Source: Myxococcales bacterium
Lineage (GTDB): Bacteria; Myxococcota_A; UBA9042
Direction: 5' to 3'
Length of the DNA: 64,000 nucleotides
NCBI GenBank assembly: GCA_037441385.1
Contig: JBBISH010000017.1
Location: forward strand, 1 to 64,000
Below the pieces are notes generated by a model. The model did not search any database and had not been told where the DNA came from. It was given only the letters and a program-made list of their open reading frames with translations. The translations under genes were made by a program, and so were the position numbers. The first letter of the stretch is position 1, and each line of letters begins with the position of its first letter. This document shows, piece after piece, positions 9,389 to 19,464 of this stretch.

Positions 9389-9985
9389 GTGGTCGACGAG
9401 CGCGAACAGCAATTGGTGACCGCAGCCCTTGACGGCGATAGGGCGGCGTTTGGCGAGTTGGTCGACTTGCTGAAACGCCCGCTTTTCAACTTGTGCATGG
9501 CGCACTTGCGCAACGAAGCCGAGGCCATGGATCTGGTGCAGGATACCTTCCTCAAGGCCTACACGCGCATGGACCTGTTCCGCCGCGACTCCAACTTTCG
9601 CGCGTGGATCTACCGCATCGCTGCCAATGGCTGCATCGACCGGATCCGTCGCCGCCGCACGCGCGCTGCAGACGAACTGGACGATCGCACCAGCGCCGAG
9701 AACCTGGACGAAGGCGATCTGCCCGCTGTGGCCACCTACGGCCGCGCCAGCCCGCTGCAAGAATACAGCCGCGCCCAGCTGGGCGAACGCCTTGAGAAAG
9801 CCCTGGCGACCCTGCCCGACAGCCACCGTCAATGCGTGATCCTGTGTGACGTCCACGGCTACTCGTACCAAGAGATCGCCGACGAGCTGGGCATTCCCAA
9901 GGGCACGGTCATGAGCCGGCTGTTCTACGCGCGCAAGCGGCTACAGGTCGAGCTGGCCGACTATCGAATGGAGGTGAGTTCATGA
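9389..9985 (+). CDS. ECF RNA polymerase sigma factor
   Basis: Region 2 (AMDLVQDTFLKAY…FRAWIYRIAAN) and region 4 (YSYQEIADELGIPKGTVMSRLFYAR). Confidence 0.95.
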   Translation: MVDEREQQLVTAALDGDRAAFGELVDLLKRPLFNLCMAHLRNEAEAMDLVQDTFLKAYTRMDLFRRDSNFRAWIYRIAANGCIDRIRRRRTRAADELDDRTSAENLDEGDLPAVATYGRASPLQEYSRAQLGERLEKALATLPDSHRQCVILCDVHGYSYQEIADELGIPKGTVMSRLFYARKRLQVELADYRMEVSS

Positions 9986-10596
9986 ACGAACACGCCGAAA
10001 CTTTTGCTGATTCTGGACTGGACGAGCGCCAGTTCGAACTGCTGGTGTTGCTGGCCGACGGTGAGTTGGCCGCGGGCTCGCCCGATCTCGCTGCGGCGCA
10101 AGCCCTGCTGGCCCAGCACGCCGAGGCCAAGCAACTCTATGCTAACTTGACGTATTCGCGCGAGACCCTTCGCGAATCGGTGCTAGGCGAAGCGGCGGCC
10201 GCGGCGCTGAAGGTCGATCTGTCGATGCTGCGCGGGCGAGTGATGACCAAGCTGCCTGCCGAGCCGCGACCCGCGCCAAAGCCCGAAGCGGCTGCGCCCG
10301 GTTGGATGGACTGGCTGCGGGCGTTTGGCTTTGGGCGTGCGAGCTTGGCTGTGGCCGCTCTGGCTGTCGTGGTGGTTTGGTGGGCTGGATCGCAAACTGC
10401 GACGGCGGTCAAGCTTTCGCCCGAACCGGCGGCGATGGCCCGCGAGGACGCCACGATGCCACCCGGTCACGAGGAAGAGCCGGCTGTGATCATTGAGGAA
10501 ATGGACGTCGAGGATGGCTCGATTGCCGTCAATCCCGGTGACAAGCCCGGCGCCACCACGGTGATCTGGCACTTTAGTGGCAAGGGGGAAGGATGA
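9982..10596 (+). CDS. Anti-sigma factor-like membrane protein
   Basis: ATGA overlap with the sigma gene. ASD-like N-terminus (LADGEL…LLAQH) lacking the Zn-binding Cys, single TM, short periplasmic tail. Confidence 0.75.
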   Translation: MNEHAETFADSGLDERQFELLVLLADGELAAGSPDLAAAQALLAQHAEAKQLYANLTYSRETLRESVLGEAAAAALKVDLSMLRGRVMTKLPAEPRPAPKPEAAAPGWMDWLRAFGFGRASLAVAALAVVVVWWAGSQTATAVKLSPEPAAMAREDATMPPGHEEEPAVIIEEMDVEDGSIAVNPGDKPGATTVIWHFSGKGEG

Positions 10597-11072
10597 TGCG
10601 CGACGTGAGCATGCCGGTGTCGCGGCGGCGGTTTGCTGCGCAGGTCGTCGCCGCGTGCGGGGTGGCGTGGCTGGCGGCGCCGGCCGTGGCCCAGTCGCCG
10701 GCCGACCAAGCCAGCTTCGAGGTTCGCATCATCGAAGGTCAGCGCGCGGCGGCCCCCAAGAACGACCCGCGGCTTGCGGACTTGCAGCGCGAACTGTCGG
10801 CCCTGCAGCAGGGCTACAACGCCTTTTCGCTGCTGAGCGCCCAAACGCTGCGTCTGACGGCGAACCAACGCGCCGCCGTGAAGCTGCCCGACGGCGCGGA
10901 GCTGGGCATCCAATTGCTGGCGGTGGTGGCCGGGCCCCCGGTGCGGGTGCGCCACGTGTTCGAGTTGCCCAAGTCCAAGACGATTCGCGCGGTTGCCCCT
11001 GGCGGCCGCACCTTGGACGTGCGCAACGGCGCCGACCGGCTGATCATCATCTGCACGACGGTACTGAGGTAG
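10593..11072 (+). CDS. Exported hypothetical protein, third gene of the ECF operon
   Basis: Overlaps the anti-sigma stop. SRRRF plus a hydrophobic stretch resembles a Tat signal. Confidence 0.7.
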   Translation: MMRDVSMPVSRRRFAAQVVAACGVAWLAAPAVAQSPADQASFEVRIIEGQRAAAPKNDPRLADLQRELSALQQGYNAFSLLSAQTLRLTANQRAAVKLPDGAELGIQLLAVVAGPPVRVRHVFELPKSKTIRAVAPGGRTLDVRNGADRLIIICTTVLR

Positions 11073-11147
11073 GCCGGTGACGGCCCGTCCCTGCACGCGA
11101 ACCTGACCTTTTGGCGCTGGAATTGCCGTTCGCGCGTACTGGTGCTA

Positions 11148-11279
11148 TACCAGTTCAGTCTGATTCGCGCGCGGACGATCCGTGTGAACCGTTCCGCAAC
11201 TGGCGAGAATCAGACGGGGACCCCGCGTTGGGCCCGGAGAATCGCAGTGGGTCTCGATCCGATCTCGACGAAATCCGTA
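11148..11279 (+). mobile_element. Element B copy 2 (intergenic, diverged)
   Basis: 132 bp, TAC…CCGTA ends, shares core GCAACTGGCGAGAATCAGxCGGGGACCCC with copy 1. Confidence 0.8.
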
Positions 11280-11396
11280 TTTGATTCGCAATTCCCGCCG
11301 GTTCGGGGTGCGACCGGCCTGGGTATGGGTTGGCTTGCTCCGCGCAAAGCCGGTACGTCTGGGCTGACCGGGGCCGCGCATTTGCGCCGTGGCCAC

Positions 11397-12524
11397 ATGC
11401 TCGCGCGGATCCTCGTTTGGGCCTGCCTGCTGCTGGCAGGGCCGGTCTGGGCCGCCGACGAGGCTCCGCCCCCGCCGCCGCCCGTGGCCGAGACCCCGGC
11501 CTCGCCGCAGGCTGCCCAAGCGGATGCGCTGAGCGAGCAAGCCAAAGAGCTGTACAAGCAGCAGAGATATGCCGAGGCTTTTGGCATGTTTCAGCGCGCG
11601 CACGCCCTGGATGCCCGGGCCGCGTTCTTGTACAACATGGCCAAGTGCAAAGAGAAGCTTGCCGAGTATGCCGAGGCCGTCAAGCTACTGGAGGCCTACC
11701 TGGTGCTGTACCGCCAGCAAAACAGCGGCGCTCAGCCGGCCAACTCTGCCGACGTAGAGGCCCTGATCCGCGAGCTGAAGCGGCGTGCCTTTGAGGCGTT
11801 GCCCGAAGTCTCGGTACAGTCTACGCCGCCGGGCGCGCTGGTCAGCGAAGAGGGCGCGGCCTTGGGGTCGACGCCGCTGGTCACGCACCTGCAGCCCGGG
11901 CGCCACAAGCTGTTGCTAAAGCTAGACAAACACGCCGACTTGGAGACCGAGTTGCTGGTGCCGCAGGCGGGTAAGGTCGCCGTGGTGCTGGCCATGAAGT
12001 CGCTGGTCAAGCGCGCGCAGATCGGCTTTTGGTGCAACGTGCGCGGTGCTCAGGTGATTTTGGACGGCAAGGTGGTGGCGGTGACCCCGTTTGCCGGCAA
12101 CTTGGACGTGGAGCCCGGTCGACATCAGGTGGCCATCAACCGTGTGAATTACAAGCCCTTTGAGTCCGAGGTGACCGTGCCCGAGGAACGGGCGGCGCGG
12201 GTCCACGTGGTGCTCGAGCGCAACGAGAAGGCCTCGTCGTGGCGGGCGCCGCTGGGCTGGCCGTTGCTAATCGTGGGTGCGTTGGGCATCGGCGGCGGCG
12301 TCGCTGCGTCCAAGTTCGCGGATACGGAATGGCGGGGCACGCCGGCATTCAACGATTATGAACGGCTGCAGAATGTCGGCTACTACGCTGGCGGCTCGCT
12401 GGCTGGCATCGGCTTGGCCCTGCTGGTGTGGGACGCGGTGCGCGACGCCATTCCCGCCGACGAACGCGTGGATGGCCCGAGCTACGAGGCCGGTGTGGAC
12501 CTGCAACCGCTAGGAAAGAACTGA
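11397..12524 (+). CDS. TPR- and PEGA-domain membrane protein
   Basis: Signal peptide, TPR-like helices, two PEGA-like repeats (STPPGALV…GSTPL; CNVRGAQVILDG…TPF), C-terminal TMs. Confidence 0.85.
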   Translation: MLARILVWACLLLAGPVWAADEAPPPPPPVAETPASPQAAQADALSEQAKELYKQQRYAEAFGMFQRAHALDARAAFLYNMAKCKEKLAEYAEAVKLLEAYLVLYRQQNSGAQPANSADVEALIRELKRRAFEALPEVSVQSTPPGALVSEEGAALGSTPLVTHLQPGRHKLLLKLDKHADLETELLVPQAGKVAVVLAMKSLVKRAQIGFWCNVRGAQVILDGKVVAVTPFAGNLDVEPGRHQVAINRVNYKPFESEVTVPEERAARVHVVLERNEKASSWRAPLGWPLLIVGALGIGGGVAASKFADTEWRGTPAFNDYERLQNVGYYAGGSLAGIGLALLVWDAVRDAIPADERVDGPSYEAGVDLQPLGKN

Positions 12525-13660
12525 TGATTTTGCCGTTTTCGCCAAGCGTTGCCGCGGGTATTCCGGGCTGGGCTGTGCGGCTTCGCTCGCTGTTGCTGCT
12601 CGCGACCGGCGCGGCTTCGGCGGCGGCGTGCGCCGTGGGCAAAGAGCCACCAGCTGTCACGCCGATGGTCGAATTCCGCAACGTGGCGCCATTCGTCTTT
12701 GGCATGGGCGAGTTGGGCTGCAACATGCCCCAGGACGCCAAGGCTTGCGAGGCCGCCGGCACCAAACTGCCCGACAGCACGCCACCTATGCTCGTCAAAA
12801 TCAAGGACTTTGCCCTGGACGAGCACGAAGTGACCAACGAGCAGTACCGCTTCTGTGTGGCGATGGGCGCCTGCTCGCTGCCGGCTGGCGACAACGGGCC
12901 TCCGGGCATCGTTGACCTGTACTATCCCAACGACAAGTACAAGGATTATCCGGTGATTCTGGTGCGCTGGCGCCAAGCGGTCGAATACTGCGCCTCGGTG
13001 GGCAAGCGCCTGCCGACCGAGTTCGAGTGGGAGCGCGCCGCGGGCGGTGCGGCACCGACTCCCCAGCAAAAGCGCGTGTATCCATGGTCTTCCAAGCTGG
13101 GCTACGAGCCGCCGATGCAGGCCTGCCCCAACTTGGACGTCAACATCCGCCGCTGCAATGCCGGCAACAACTCAACCCGTGCGGTCAAGTCCAGCGCCGA
13201 CGACGTGGTCAACGACAGCGCCGGCAAGCTGTACGACATGGCCGGCAACGTCGCCGAGTTCACCGCCAGCGACTACGTGGCCAACTTGGGCTGCGACGCC
13301 AGCCAGCCGTATACGTGCGCCCAGTGCTTGACCTGCATCGACAGCCAGGGCCTGGCGGCCTGCAAGACCGAGTGCCAGGCCTGCACCTGCGGCGATGGCT
13401 CGGCAGCCACCAAGCCGAACTGCTACCTGCCGTGCCAGCGGCCCGTGTGCCCCCGTTTCGACGCCGGCGATCCCGCGTTCGATGGCAGCTACACCGGCAA
13501 AAATGTCGAGAGCAAGCGCATGGTTCGCGGTGGTTCGTACTATGGCGACAGCGAGGCCTGGCAGCAGTGCGACGGCCGCTCGGACAACCGCCGCCTTTCG
13601 CAAAAGCCCGACGACCAGCCGCAAACCTGGGTCGGCTTCCGCTGCGCCAAGTCCCTGTAG
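12524..13660 (+). CDS. FGE-sulfatase/SUMF1 (C-type lectin fold) lipoprotein
   Basis: HEVTNEQY, RLPTEFEWERAA, LYDMAGNVAEF, RGGSY, VGFRCA motifs. TGATG coupling to the upstream gene. Confidence 0.9.
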   Translation: MILPFSPSVAAGIPGWAVRLRSLLLLATGAASAAACAVGKEPPAVTPMVEFRNVAPFVFGMGELGCNMPQDAKACEAAGTKLPDSTPPMLVKIKDFALDEHEVTNEQYRFCVAMGACSLPAGDNGPPGIVDLYYPNDKYKDYPVILVRWRQAVEYCASVGKRLPTEFEWERAAGGAAPTPQQKRVYPWSSKLGYEPPMQACPNLDVNIRRCNAGNNSTRAVKSSADDVVNDSAGKLYDMAGNVAEFTASDYVANLGCDASQPYTCAQCLTCIDSQGLAACKTECQACTCGDGSAATKPNCYLPCQRPVCPRFDAGDPAFDGSYTGKNVESKRMVRGGSYYGDSEAWQQCDGRSDNRRLSQKPDDQPQTWVGFRCAKSL

Positions 13661-13671
13661 CGCGGCCGCGG

Positions 13672-15528
13672 CTACTGCAAGTCGTCCAAAAGATCGTCTT
13701 TTTTCTTGGGCTCTGGCTTGGTCTCGGGCTTCGTCTCGGGCTTGGTCTCGACCTTGACCTCGGGCTTGGTCTCGACCTTGACGGGCACAGCCTTGGGGTC
13801 GGCCTTGAGGTCCGGTGCTTTGCCGGCCATGGGTGCCGTGCGCCCGGGCTCGGCCCTGGGCGTCTCTGGCCTGGCCTCCTGCGCTGGTTTCAGTTCGACC
13901 AGGTAGACGTCGCTCTTGGCAAAAAGGACTTCGACTGAAGCAGGTTGCGACCCATCACGCACCAATTTCCAGGTGGCCTTGCCGTCGCCGCGCGGGCGTT
14001 CGATCGTCGTGTTGGTCGTGCCCAGCAAGCGATCGCCGTCCAGGATCTTGGCGCCCGGCGGGGCGGAGTTGATGGTCAGGCGGACACTGGTCGGCGACTC
14101 TGCCGAAGCCGCCACGGGCACCTGCACCCGCACTTCGCGTTCGACTACCTTTTCGCGTTCCACCACGCGGACTTCGGGGTCGTGCGGTCGAATGGCGAAC
14201 ACCGCTGCGGCAGCGATGCCGGCCAGCGCGACCGTGCCGATCGCCACGAGCAGCAAGCGGTTGTGTTTGACGGGCTCGGCCACGGGCATGGTCAGCTGCG
14301 GCGCGCCGCTGTCGACCGCTTGTTGACCCAAGCGCATGGTCCGCGCCGTGGTCTGCGTGTCCGTCGTGGCGCTGGCGATCCGCACGCCCAAGCTCTCGGC
14401 CTCGGCCGCGCTGCCCACCTTGGCGTCAAATGCCGTGGGCAGGTGCGACGCCAACTCTTCGCAGCGCTTGGCAAAATCCGTGGCGGTCTGCGGTCGGTCC
14501 TCGGGCCGCTTTTCGAGCAGCTGCTGGACCAACTCTTCGACTTCGGCCGGCACGACCTGGCCTTCGCACGCGCCAGCCAGCGGCGGCGGGTCGTCGTTGA
14601 CGTGGGCGAGCAGCAGCGAAAGCGCTTGATCGCCCTCAAAAGGGGCCTTGCCGGCGATCATCTCGTACAAGATTACGCCCAGCGAATACAGGTCCGAGCG
14701 CGAGTCGACCGGCTGGGCGCTGCATTGCTCTGGACTCATGTAGCGCGGCGTGCCGAAGATCGAGCCAGCCTGGGTCAAGGTGCCCTGTTCACTTTTGTGA
14801 TCGCGCAGTTTGGCCACGCCAAAGTCGAGCACCTTGACGTAGTCGGGGTTGTCGCCAACCTTGACCAAGAAGATGTTCTCTGGCTTCAGATCGCGGTGGA
14901 CGATCTCTTTGCCGTGGGCTTCCGCAAGCGACTCTGCTACTTGCGCCATGATCCGCAAGGCCCGCCGCACCGGCAGCCCCCGCTCTTTGCGCATCAGTTC
15001 GTGCAGGGTGTGGCCCTCCAGGAACTCCATGGCGATGTACGGGTTGCCGTCTTGCGTCTGGCCGTAGTCGAAGATCTGGATGGTGTTGGGGTGGCGCAAT
15101 CGCGAGACGGCCAGCGCCTCTAGCGTAAACCGCCGCAGCACCGTGTCATTTTGGGTCAGATCGCCCAGCAACACCTTGACCGCCACGTCGCGGTCCATGC
15201 CTTCTTGGCGGGCGCGATACACCGATCCCATGCCGCCCGAGCCGATCTTCTTGAGGACCAGGAAGCGTCCGCCCACGGTCTGGCCGATCAGCGGATCCTT
15301 CTTGGCCTCGCCCTTTTCCAAGTGGGCGCGGATGCGTTCGCCCAGCTCGTCGCGCGTGTCCTGACCCTCGCGGCGGGTCGCGGCTTCCGACGGCTGCAGC
15401 TCGGGCCCCACCGAGATGGTCGGCATGCTCACGACCTGCGCCTCGGTCAGATCGTGCTCGGTCTGATCGCCGCCCGCGCCGCGATCGTGTACGGTGACCG
15501 GAAGGTTGGGCACGGGCCGGTCGCTCAT
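13672..15528 (-). CDS. Hanks-type Ser/Thr protein kinase with TM and PEGA domain
   Basis: IGSGGMGSVY, VAVK, HRDLKPEN, DFG, GTPRYMSPE motifs, then TM and PEGA (SAPPGAKI). Confidence 0.95.
   Translation of the reverse strand: MSDRPVPNLPVTVHDRGAGGDQTEHDLTEAQVVSMPTISVGPELQPSEAATRREGQDTRDELGERIRAHLEKGEAKKDPLIGQTVGGRFLVLKKIGSGGMGSVYRARQEGMDRDVAVKVLLGDLTQNDTVLRRFTLEALAVSRLRHPNTIQIFDYGQTQDGNPYIAMEFLEGHTLHELMRKERGLPVRRALRIMAQVAESLAEAHGKEIVHRDLKPENIFLVKVGDNPDYVKVLDFGVAKLRDHKSEQGTLTQAGSIFGTPRYMSPEQCSAQPVDSRSDLYSLGVILYEMIAGKAPFEGDQALSLLLAHVNDDPPPLAGACEGQVVPAEVEELVQQLLEKRPEDRPQTATDFAKRCEELASHLPTAFDAKVGSAAEAESLGVRIASATTDTQTTARTMRLGQQAVDSGAPQLTMPVAEPVKHNRLLLVAIGTVALAGIAAAAVFAIRPHDPEVRVVEREKVVEREVRVQVPVAASAESPTSVRLTINSAPPGAKILDGDRLLGTTNTTIERPRGDGKATWKLVRDGSQPASVEVLFAKSDVYLVELKPAQEARPETPRAEPGRTAPMAGKAPDLKADPKAVPVKVETKPEVKVETKPETKPETKPEPKKKDDLLDDLQ
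13708..13782 (-). repeat. Coding tandem repeats (12/24-bp units) encoding KVETKPE/KPET
   Basis: Repeated CTTGGTCTCG units. Peptide VKVETKPEVKVETKPETKPETKPEPK. Confidence 0.8.
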
Positions 15529-16163
15529 TGAAGCTCCGGGACGGCAAGGGCGTCCTGCAAACGTTCACGTATAGCACAGGCAACTACGTCGCGCGCGGGT
15601 TGGCCGTCAATCGCAACGACTTTGCCCAGTTGAGCGGGCGGCCGCTCGGCCAGTTCGGCGTAGCGCGCCCGCACGCGCTCCAGGGTCGCCGCCACTTCGA
15701 ACCGCTCTACGGGTTTGCCGCGCGCGGCGATGCGCTCGAGCGCCACGGGCACAGGCACGTCGATCCACAAAGTCAGGTCTGCCGTCAGCGCCTTGGCGTT
15801 GATCGCGAGCAACCAGTCTGGATCAATGCCGCCGGCACCGTCGACCACCTGGAACGCCAGCGAGCTGCCTAGATGGCGATCGCACACGACCCAGGCCCCA
15901 CGGCCCAGAGCGGGCGCGATCACCCGCTCGCACAGATCCACGCGGTCGGCCGCAAACAGCAGCGCCACCGTTGCAGCGTCGATCGCGCCCAGTTCGTGGC
16001 GCAAGATGCGGCGAATCAATTGCCCGACTTCCAGGTGCGACGGCTGGGCCAAGCGCAGCACTTCAAGGCCGCGGCTGCGCAGCCAGTCGGTCAGTTGGTC
16101 GCCCTGGGTGCTGGTACCGGCGCCGTCCGTACCTTCGATGGCCAAAAAGCGACCAGGAATCAT
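15525..16163 (-). CDS. tmk: Thymidylate kinase
   Basis: IEGTDGAGTST P-loop, LLFAADR, VCDRHLGSSLAFQ. Confidence 0.93.
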   Translation of the reverse strand: MIPGRFLAIEGTDGAGTSTQGDQLTDWLRSRGLEVLRLAQPSHLEVGQLIRRILRHELGAIDAATVALLFAADRVDLCERVIAPALGRGAWVVCDRHLGSSLAFQVVDGAGGIDPDWLLAINAKALTADLTLWIDVPVPVALERIAARGKPVERFEVAATLERVRARYAELAERPPAQLGKVVAIDGQPARDVVACAIRERLQDALAVPELQ

Positions 16164-16960
16164 TCAAGACCGCCACTTGGGGTGATGTCGCACGGCATCC
16201 AGACCTCGCGCGTGCCCGCCGGGCACTGCACGGCAAAGATTTGCGGATGGATGGGCTGGTTGACCTGCATATCGCGGTATTCGATGGTGATGTCGCTATC
16301 GGGCTGCGAGACCTTGACGCGCACGCTGGCGGGCAAGGTTCCCGGTTGCCGATCGCCGCTGTACTGAACGGAGCCGGCGCGATCGGTGCCCGAGTACCAG
16401 ACGGCGCCGACCGGCATGAAGGTCTTGGGGTCGATGAACAGCTCTTGGCGCCAGCCGCTGGGCGGACCCAAGTCCAGGCGGTACAGGCGTCGCTCGCCAT
16501 CCCAGGCCAGGCGCTGCTGCTCGGGCGGCGCCGGCAGCGGCCGCAAGTCGCCCAGCAGCGCGGCTACCATCTCGTCTGCACTCATGGGGAGCGGCAAAAA
16601 CCGGCGGGTATTGGCCCGGCAGGCCACCCCCACCTGGCAAGTGCTGGCGCCGCGCTCGAACGAGATGAAGCGGCGGCCATCGCTGGACAGCAGACCCAGC
16701 AAATCCAAGGTGGGCGCCAGGGCCTGAAACTGAATCTGATCCGGGCGGTTGGCCACCACCAACAAGGTCACGCTGCGGCGATCGCCCTGCAGGTAGGCGT
16801 CCAGGCGAGCCTGGCCCTGGGCAGAGGTCACCGTCGACGCCGGAATCGCCGCCAGCAGCTCGGCCGCGCTCTTGGGACCCTCTTGGGGCAGCTTGACCGG
16901 TGCGCCAGAACAGGCCGCGAGCAGCCAAAGCGAGATCATCAGGCCGAGTTTTCTCGTCAC
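16160..16960 (-). CDS. Lipoprotein, LolA/LolB-like (DUF4292-type) fold
   Basis: GTG start overlaps the lysC stop. Lipobox LAAC, beta-rich, ends with IEYRDMQVN…F. Confidence 0.7.
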   Translation of the reverse strand: MTRKLGLMISLWLLAACSGAPVKLPQEGPKSAAELLAAIPASTVTSAQGQARLDAYLQGDRRSVTLLVVANRPDQIQFQALAPTLDLLGLLSSDGRRFISFERGASTCQVGVACRANTRRFLPLPMSADEMVAALLGDLRPLPAPPEQQRLAWDGERRLYRLDLGPPSGWRQELFIDPKTFMPVGAVWYSGTDRAGSVQYSGDRQPGTLPASVRVKVSQPDSDITIEYRDMQVNQPIHPQIFAVQCPAGTREVWMPCDITPSGGLE

Positions 16961-18162
16961 GCGATCACCTCGCCGGCCACAAAGTGGCGATGCAGCAATC
17001 GGACCGCCGTGTCGCCGTGTTCGGGGGCCACCAAGGCGGACAGCGTGAGTCCGTGCGCCAACCAGGTATCGGTCCACGCGCCAAGCAACTGGCCGAATTG
17101 TTGGGACAGACCGGGCTCGCGGCCCACAGCTGGGCCCACGATGCTGACCAACGTGCCGCGCCGCAGCCCGGCTGGGCCCACCACCGCCGCGATCTGCGCC
17201 AGGGCATGATCAAAGGCCGGATCGACCGCGTCGGCCACGTCGCGCGCCAACAGCACCGTGTAGCCCGGTCCAGCCTGTTCGCTGACCGGCACCAGGCGCA
17301 AATGGGCCACGATCGCCTGTACTTGCTGGGCCTGCTCGGGCGGCGCCTGCACCAAGACGGCGTTTGGGCGTTGGGCCACGCCCACCACCCACGGTCGCAG
17401 GCTGGGCGCATCCACGCGCACCACGCTCTCGCCGTCGGCCGTCCCCGTCTTGCGCGCATACAAGGCGATCCCGTGCAGCCGCGCGTAGGCCACGGCGTCG
17501 GCCGCCAACACCTTGGCCCCGGCGCGGGCCAACGCGAGCGTCTCGTCGTGCGAGAGCTGATCCAGCCGCCGCGCGTCCAGCACCGTTCGGGGATCGGCGC
17601 TGTAGATGCCATCGACATCGCTGTAGATTTCGCAGTCCGCGCCCAAGGCCGCCGCCAAGGCCACTGCCGTGGTGTCCGACCCGCCGCGGCCCAAGGTCGT
17701 CACCTCGCGGCGCCACGACGTGCCCTGGAAGCCCGCAACGATCACCACTTGCCCTTGATCCAGCGCGTCTTGCACGCGGAAGGGCCGAACTTCGACGATG
17801 CGCGCCCCGCCTGGCGCGTCGTTGGTCAAGATGCCGCACTGCGAGCCCGTCAGCGAGGTCGCGGCAAAGCCTTGATCGCGCACGGCCATCGCCACCAGCG
17901 CCATGGCGATCCGCTCGCCCGCAGTGAGCAGCATGTCCAATTCGCGGCGATCCGGCGCGGCGCTGACCTCGTGCGCCAACTTCATCAGTTGGTCGGTGGT
18001 CTTGCCCATGGCCGACACCACCGCGACCACCCGCTTGCCGGCGCGGCGCGTAGCGGCGATCTGCTCCGCGACTTTGTGGATCTTGGCCACGTCGGCCACC
18101 GAGGACCCGCCGTACTTCTGCACCACCGTCGCCGCCACTGCCGCCATCTGGGCCATCTCCAT
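16957..18162 (-). CDS. lysC: Aspartate kinase
   Basis: [52 protein letters not shown]. Confidence 0.93.
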   Translation of the reverse strand: MEMAQMAAVAATVVQKYGGSSVADVAKIHKVAEQIAATRRAGKRVVAVVSAMGKTTDQLMKLAHEVSAAPDRRELDMLLTAGERIAMALVAMAVRDQGFAATSLTGSQCGILTNDAPGGARIVEVRPFRVQDALDQGQVVIVAGFQGTSWRREVTTLGRGGSDTTAVALAAALGADCEIYSDVDGIYSADPRTVLDARRLDQLSHDETLALARAGAKVLAADAVAYARLHGIALYARKTGTADGESVVRVDAPSLRPWVVGVAQRPNAVLVQAPPEQAQQVQAIVAHLRLVPVSEQAGPGYTVLLARDVADAVDPAFDHALAQIAAVVGPAGLRRGTLVSIVGPAVGREPGLSQQFGQLLGAWTDTWLAHGLTLSALVAPEHGDTAVRLLHRHFVAGEVIA

Positions 18163-18174
18163 CGCGTTGCCTGG

Positions 18175-18624
18175 CTAGAGCGCGTCCGTAGGTTTGACGG
18201 GCGCTTGCCCAGGCTCGTCGGCCTTGATCGGATACTGCGTGATCATCCACCAGTTGCGATCGCGGTAGCGCCATTCTTGCGCAAGCATCTCTTGGTGGGT
18301 CACGGGGTCCGAGGGTCGGCTCCACACCGCCAGCACGATCACGCGCGCTTTCTCGGTCCCGACCACGTGCTCCACGGCCCGGATGTCGTATTCGTGAATC
18401 GTGACCATGGATTGCGCGATGCGGCGCTGGCGAATCCAGGCGGCACGCAGGTTGTCGGGAATGTGCGCCCCCGCCTTCTCGACAAAGCCCCAGCGCATCG
18501 ACCGCGTGTAGTCCTCGACGGCCTCTTTGAGCGCCATGGCCGGCGTCTGCACGCCCGAACACGCGGCCACCAGCGCCACGAGCGCCGGCAGGGCCCAGTT
18601 CACCATGCGCAGCTTGGGGGTCAT
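18175..18624 (-). CDS. Hypothetical lipoprotein
   Basis: Lipobox VAAC. Start overlaps the glutaredoxin stop. Confidence 0.75.
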   Translation of the reverse strand: MTPKLRMVNWALPALVALVAACSGVQTPAMALKEAVEDYTRSMRWGFVEKAGAHIPDNLRAAWIRQRRIAQSMVTIHEYDIRAVEHVVGTEKARVIVLAVWSRPSDPVTHQEMLAQEWRYRDRNWWMITQYPIKADEPGQAPVKPTDAL

Positions 18625-18884
18625 CACGGCGTTCCGACCAACTGCGCCAGCGTCCCGGCGGTGTCGAGTTGCTTGAGGTCGGTGTAGCCGCCGACAAAGG
18701 TATCGCCCACGACGATCATCGGCACGGTGCGCCAACCATACTGCTCCTTGAGCTCGGCCATGCGGCTGGGGTCGCGATCCAGAAAGATCTCTTCAAAATC
18801 GTAGCCGCGCTGCGCGAGCAGCTGCTTGGCGGCCACGCAATATGGACACGACTCGGTGCGGTAGACGATGATGTGCGCGGACAT
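18624..18884 (-). CDS. grxC: Glutaredoxin (Grx3-like)
   Basis: CPYC active site, TVPMI, GGYTDL. Confidence 0.9.
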   Translation of the reverse strand: MSAHIIVYRTESCPYCVAAKQLLAQRGYDFEEIFLDRDPSRMAELKEQYGWRTVPMIVVGDTFVGGYTDLKQLDTAGTLAQLVGTP

Positions 18885-18956
18885 ACTCACCCTGCTGCCA
18901 TTCCAGACGGCGGCGATGCTAGGATAGCCGGGCTGGACCATTCCAGCCAGTGTCCT

Positions 18957-19397
18957 ATGCGCAACCTCCCTGCCCTTGCCTTGGACGTAGGCCGCGCCCG
19001 AATCGGTGTGGCCGCCACGGATCTTTCCGCCGAAGTGGCCACGGCCGTGTGCGTGCTGCAGCGCAAGGGCACGCGGGCCGACATCGCGGCGCTTTTGCCG
19101 ATTGCCCAGCAACGCCGCGCCCAGGTCATCGTGGTCGGCTTGCCTTTTGGCTGCGAGGGCGACGACGATAGTCAGCGACTTTGCAGGGGTTTTGCTGCTG
19201 CGCTGGCCGCCGCGCAACCCAGACCGGTCTGGCTGGTCGACGAGGCCGACACCACCGCCCAAGCCGACGCCGAGCTGCGCCTGTTGGGTGGTAAGGCTGC
19301 ACGCCGCCGCCGCGACATCGATATGCACGCCGCCAAGCAGATCCTGGACCGTTGGCTGGCGGGGATGCCGGCCGAGCCCGTGGTCCCGACCACGTAG
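18957..19397 (+). CDS. ruvX: YqgF/RuvX nuclease
   Basis: LALDVGRARIGVA, VVGLP, VDE, IDMHAAKQIL. Confidence 0.9.
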   Translation: MRNLPALALDVGRARIGVAATDLSAEVATAVCVLQRKGTRADIAALLPIAQQRRAQVIVVGLPFGCEGDDDSQRLCRGFAAALAAAQPRPVWLVDEADTTAQADAELRLLGGKAARRRRDIDMHAAKQILDRWLAGMPAEPVVPTT

Positions 19398-19464
19398 TTT
19401 TGCAGGGTAGCGCCGCCGCCAGCCAGCGAGTATGCTCGGTACGACGCCAACGGGAGGCCGCGCC

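Noticed and set aside
11142..11396. 85-aa N-terminal extension of the TPR-PEGA ORF
   Set aside because: It runs through element B and precedes a clear signal peptide starting at 11397, so it is most likely not translated.
12524..13660. FGE/C-type lectin protein as a diversity-generating retroelement target
   Set aside because: No reverse transcriptase and no second adenine-variant copy of the 3' region was seen in the window.
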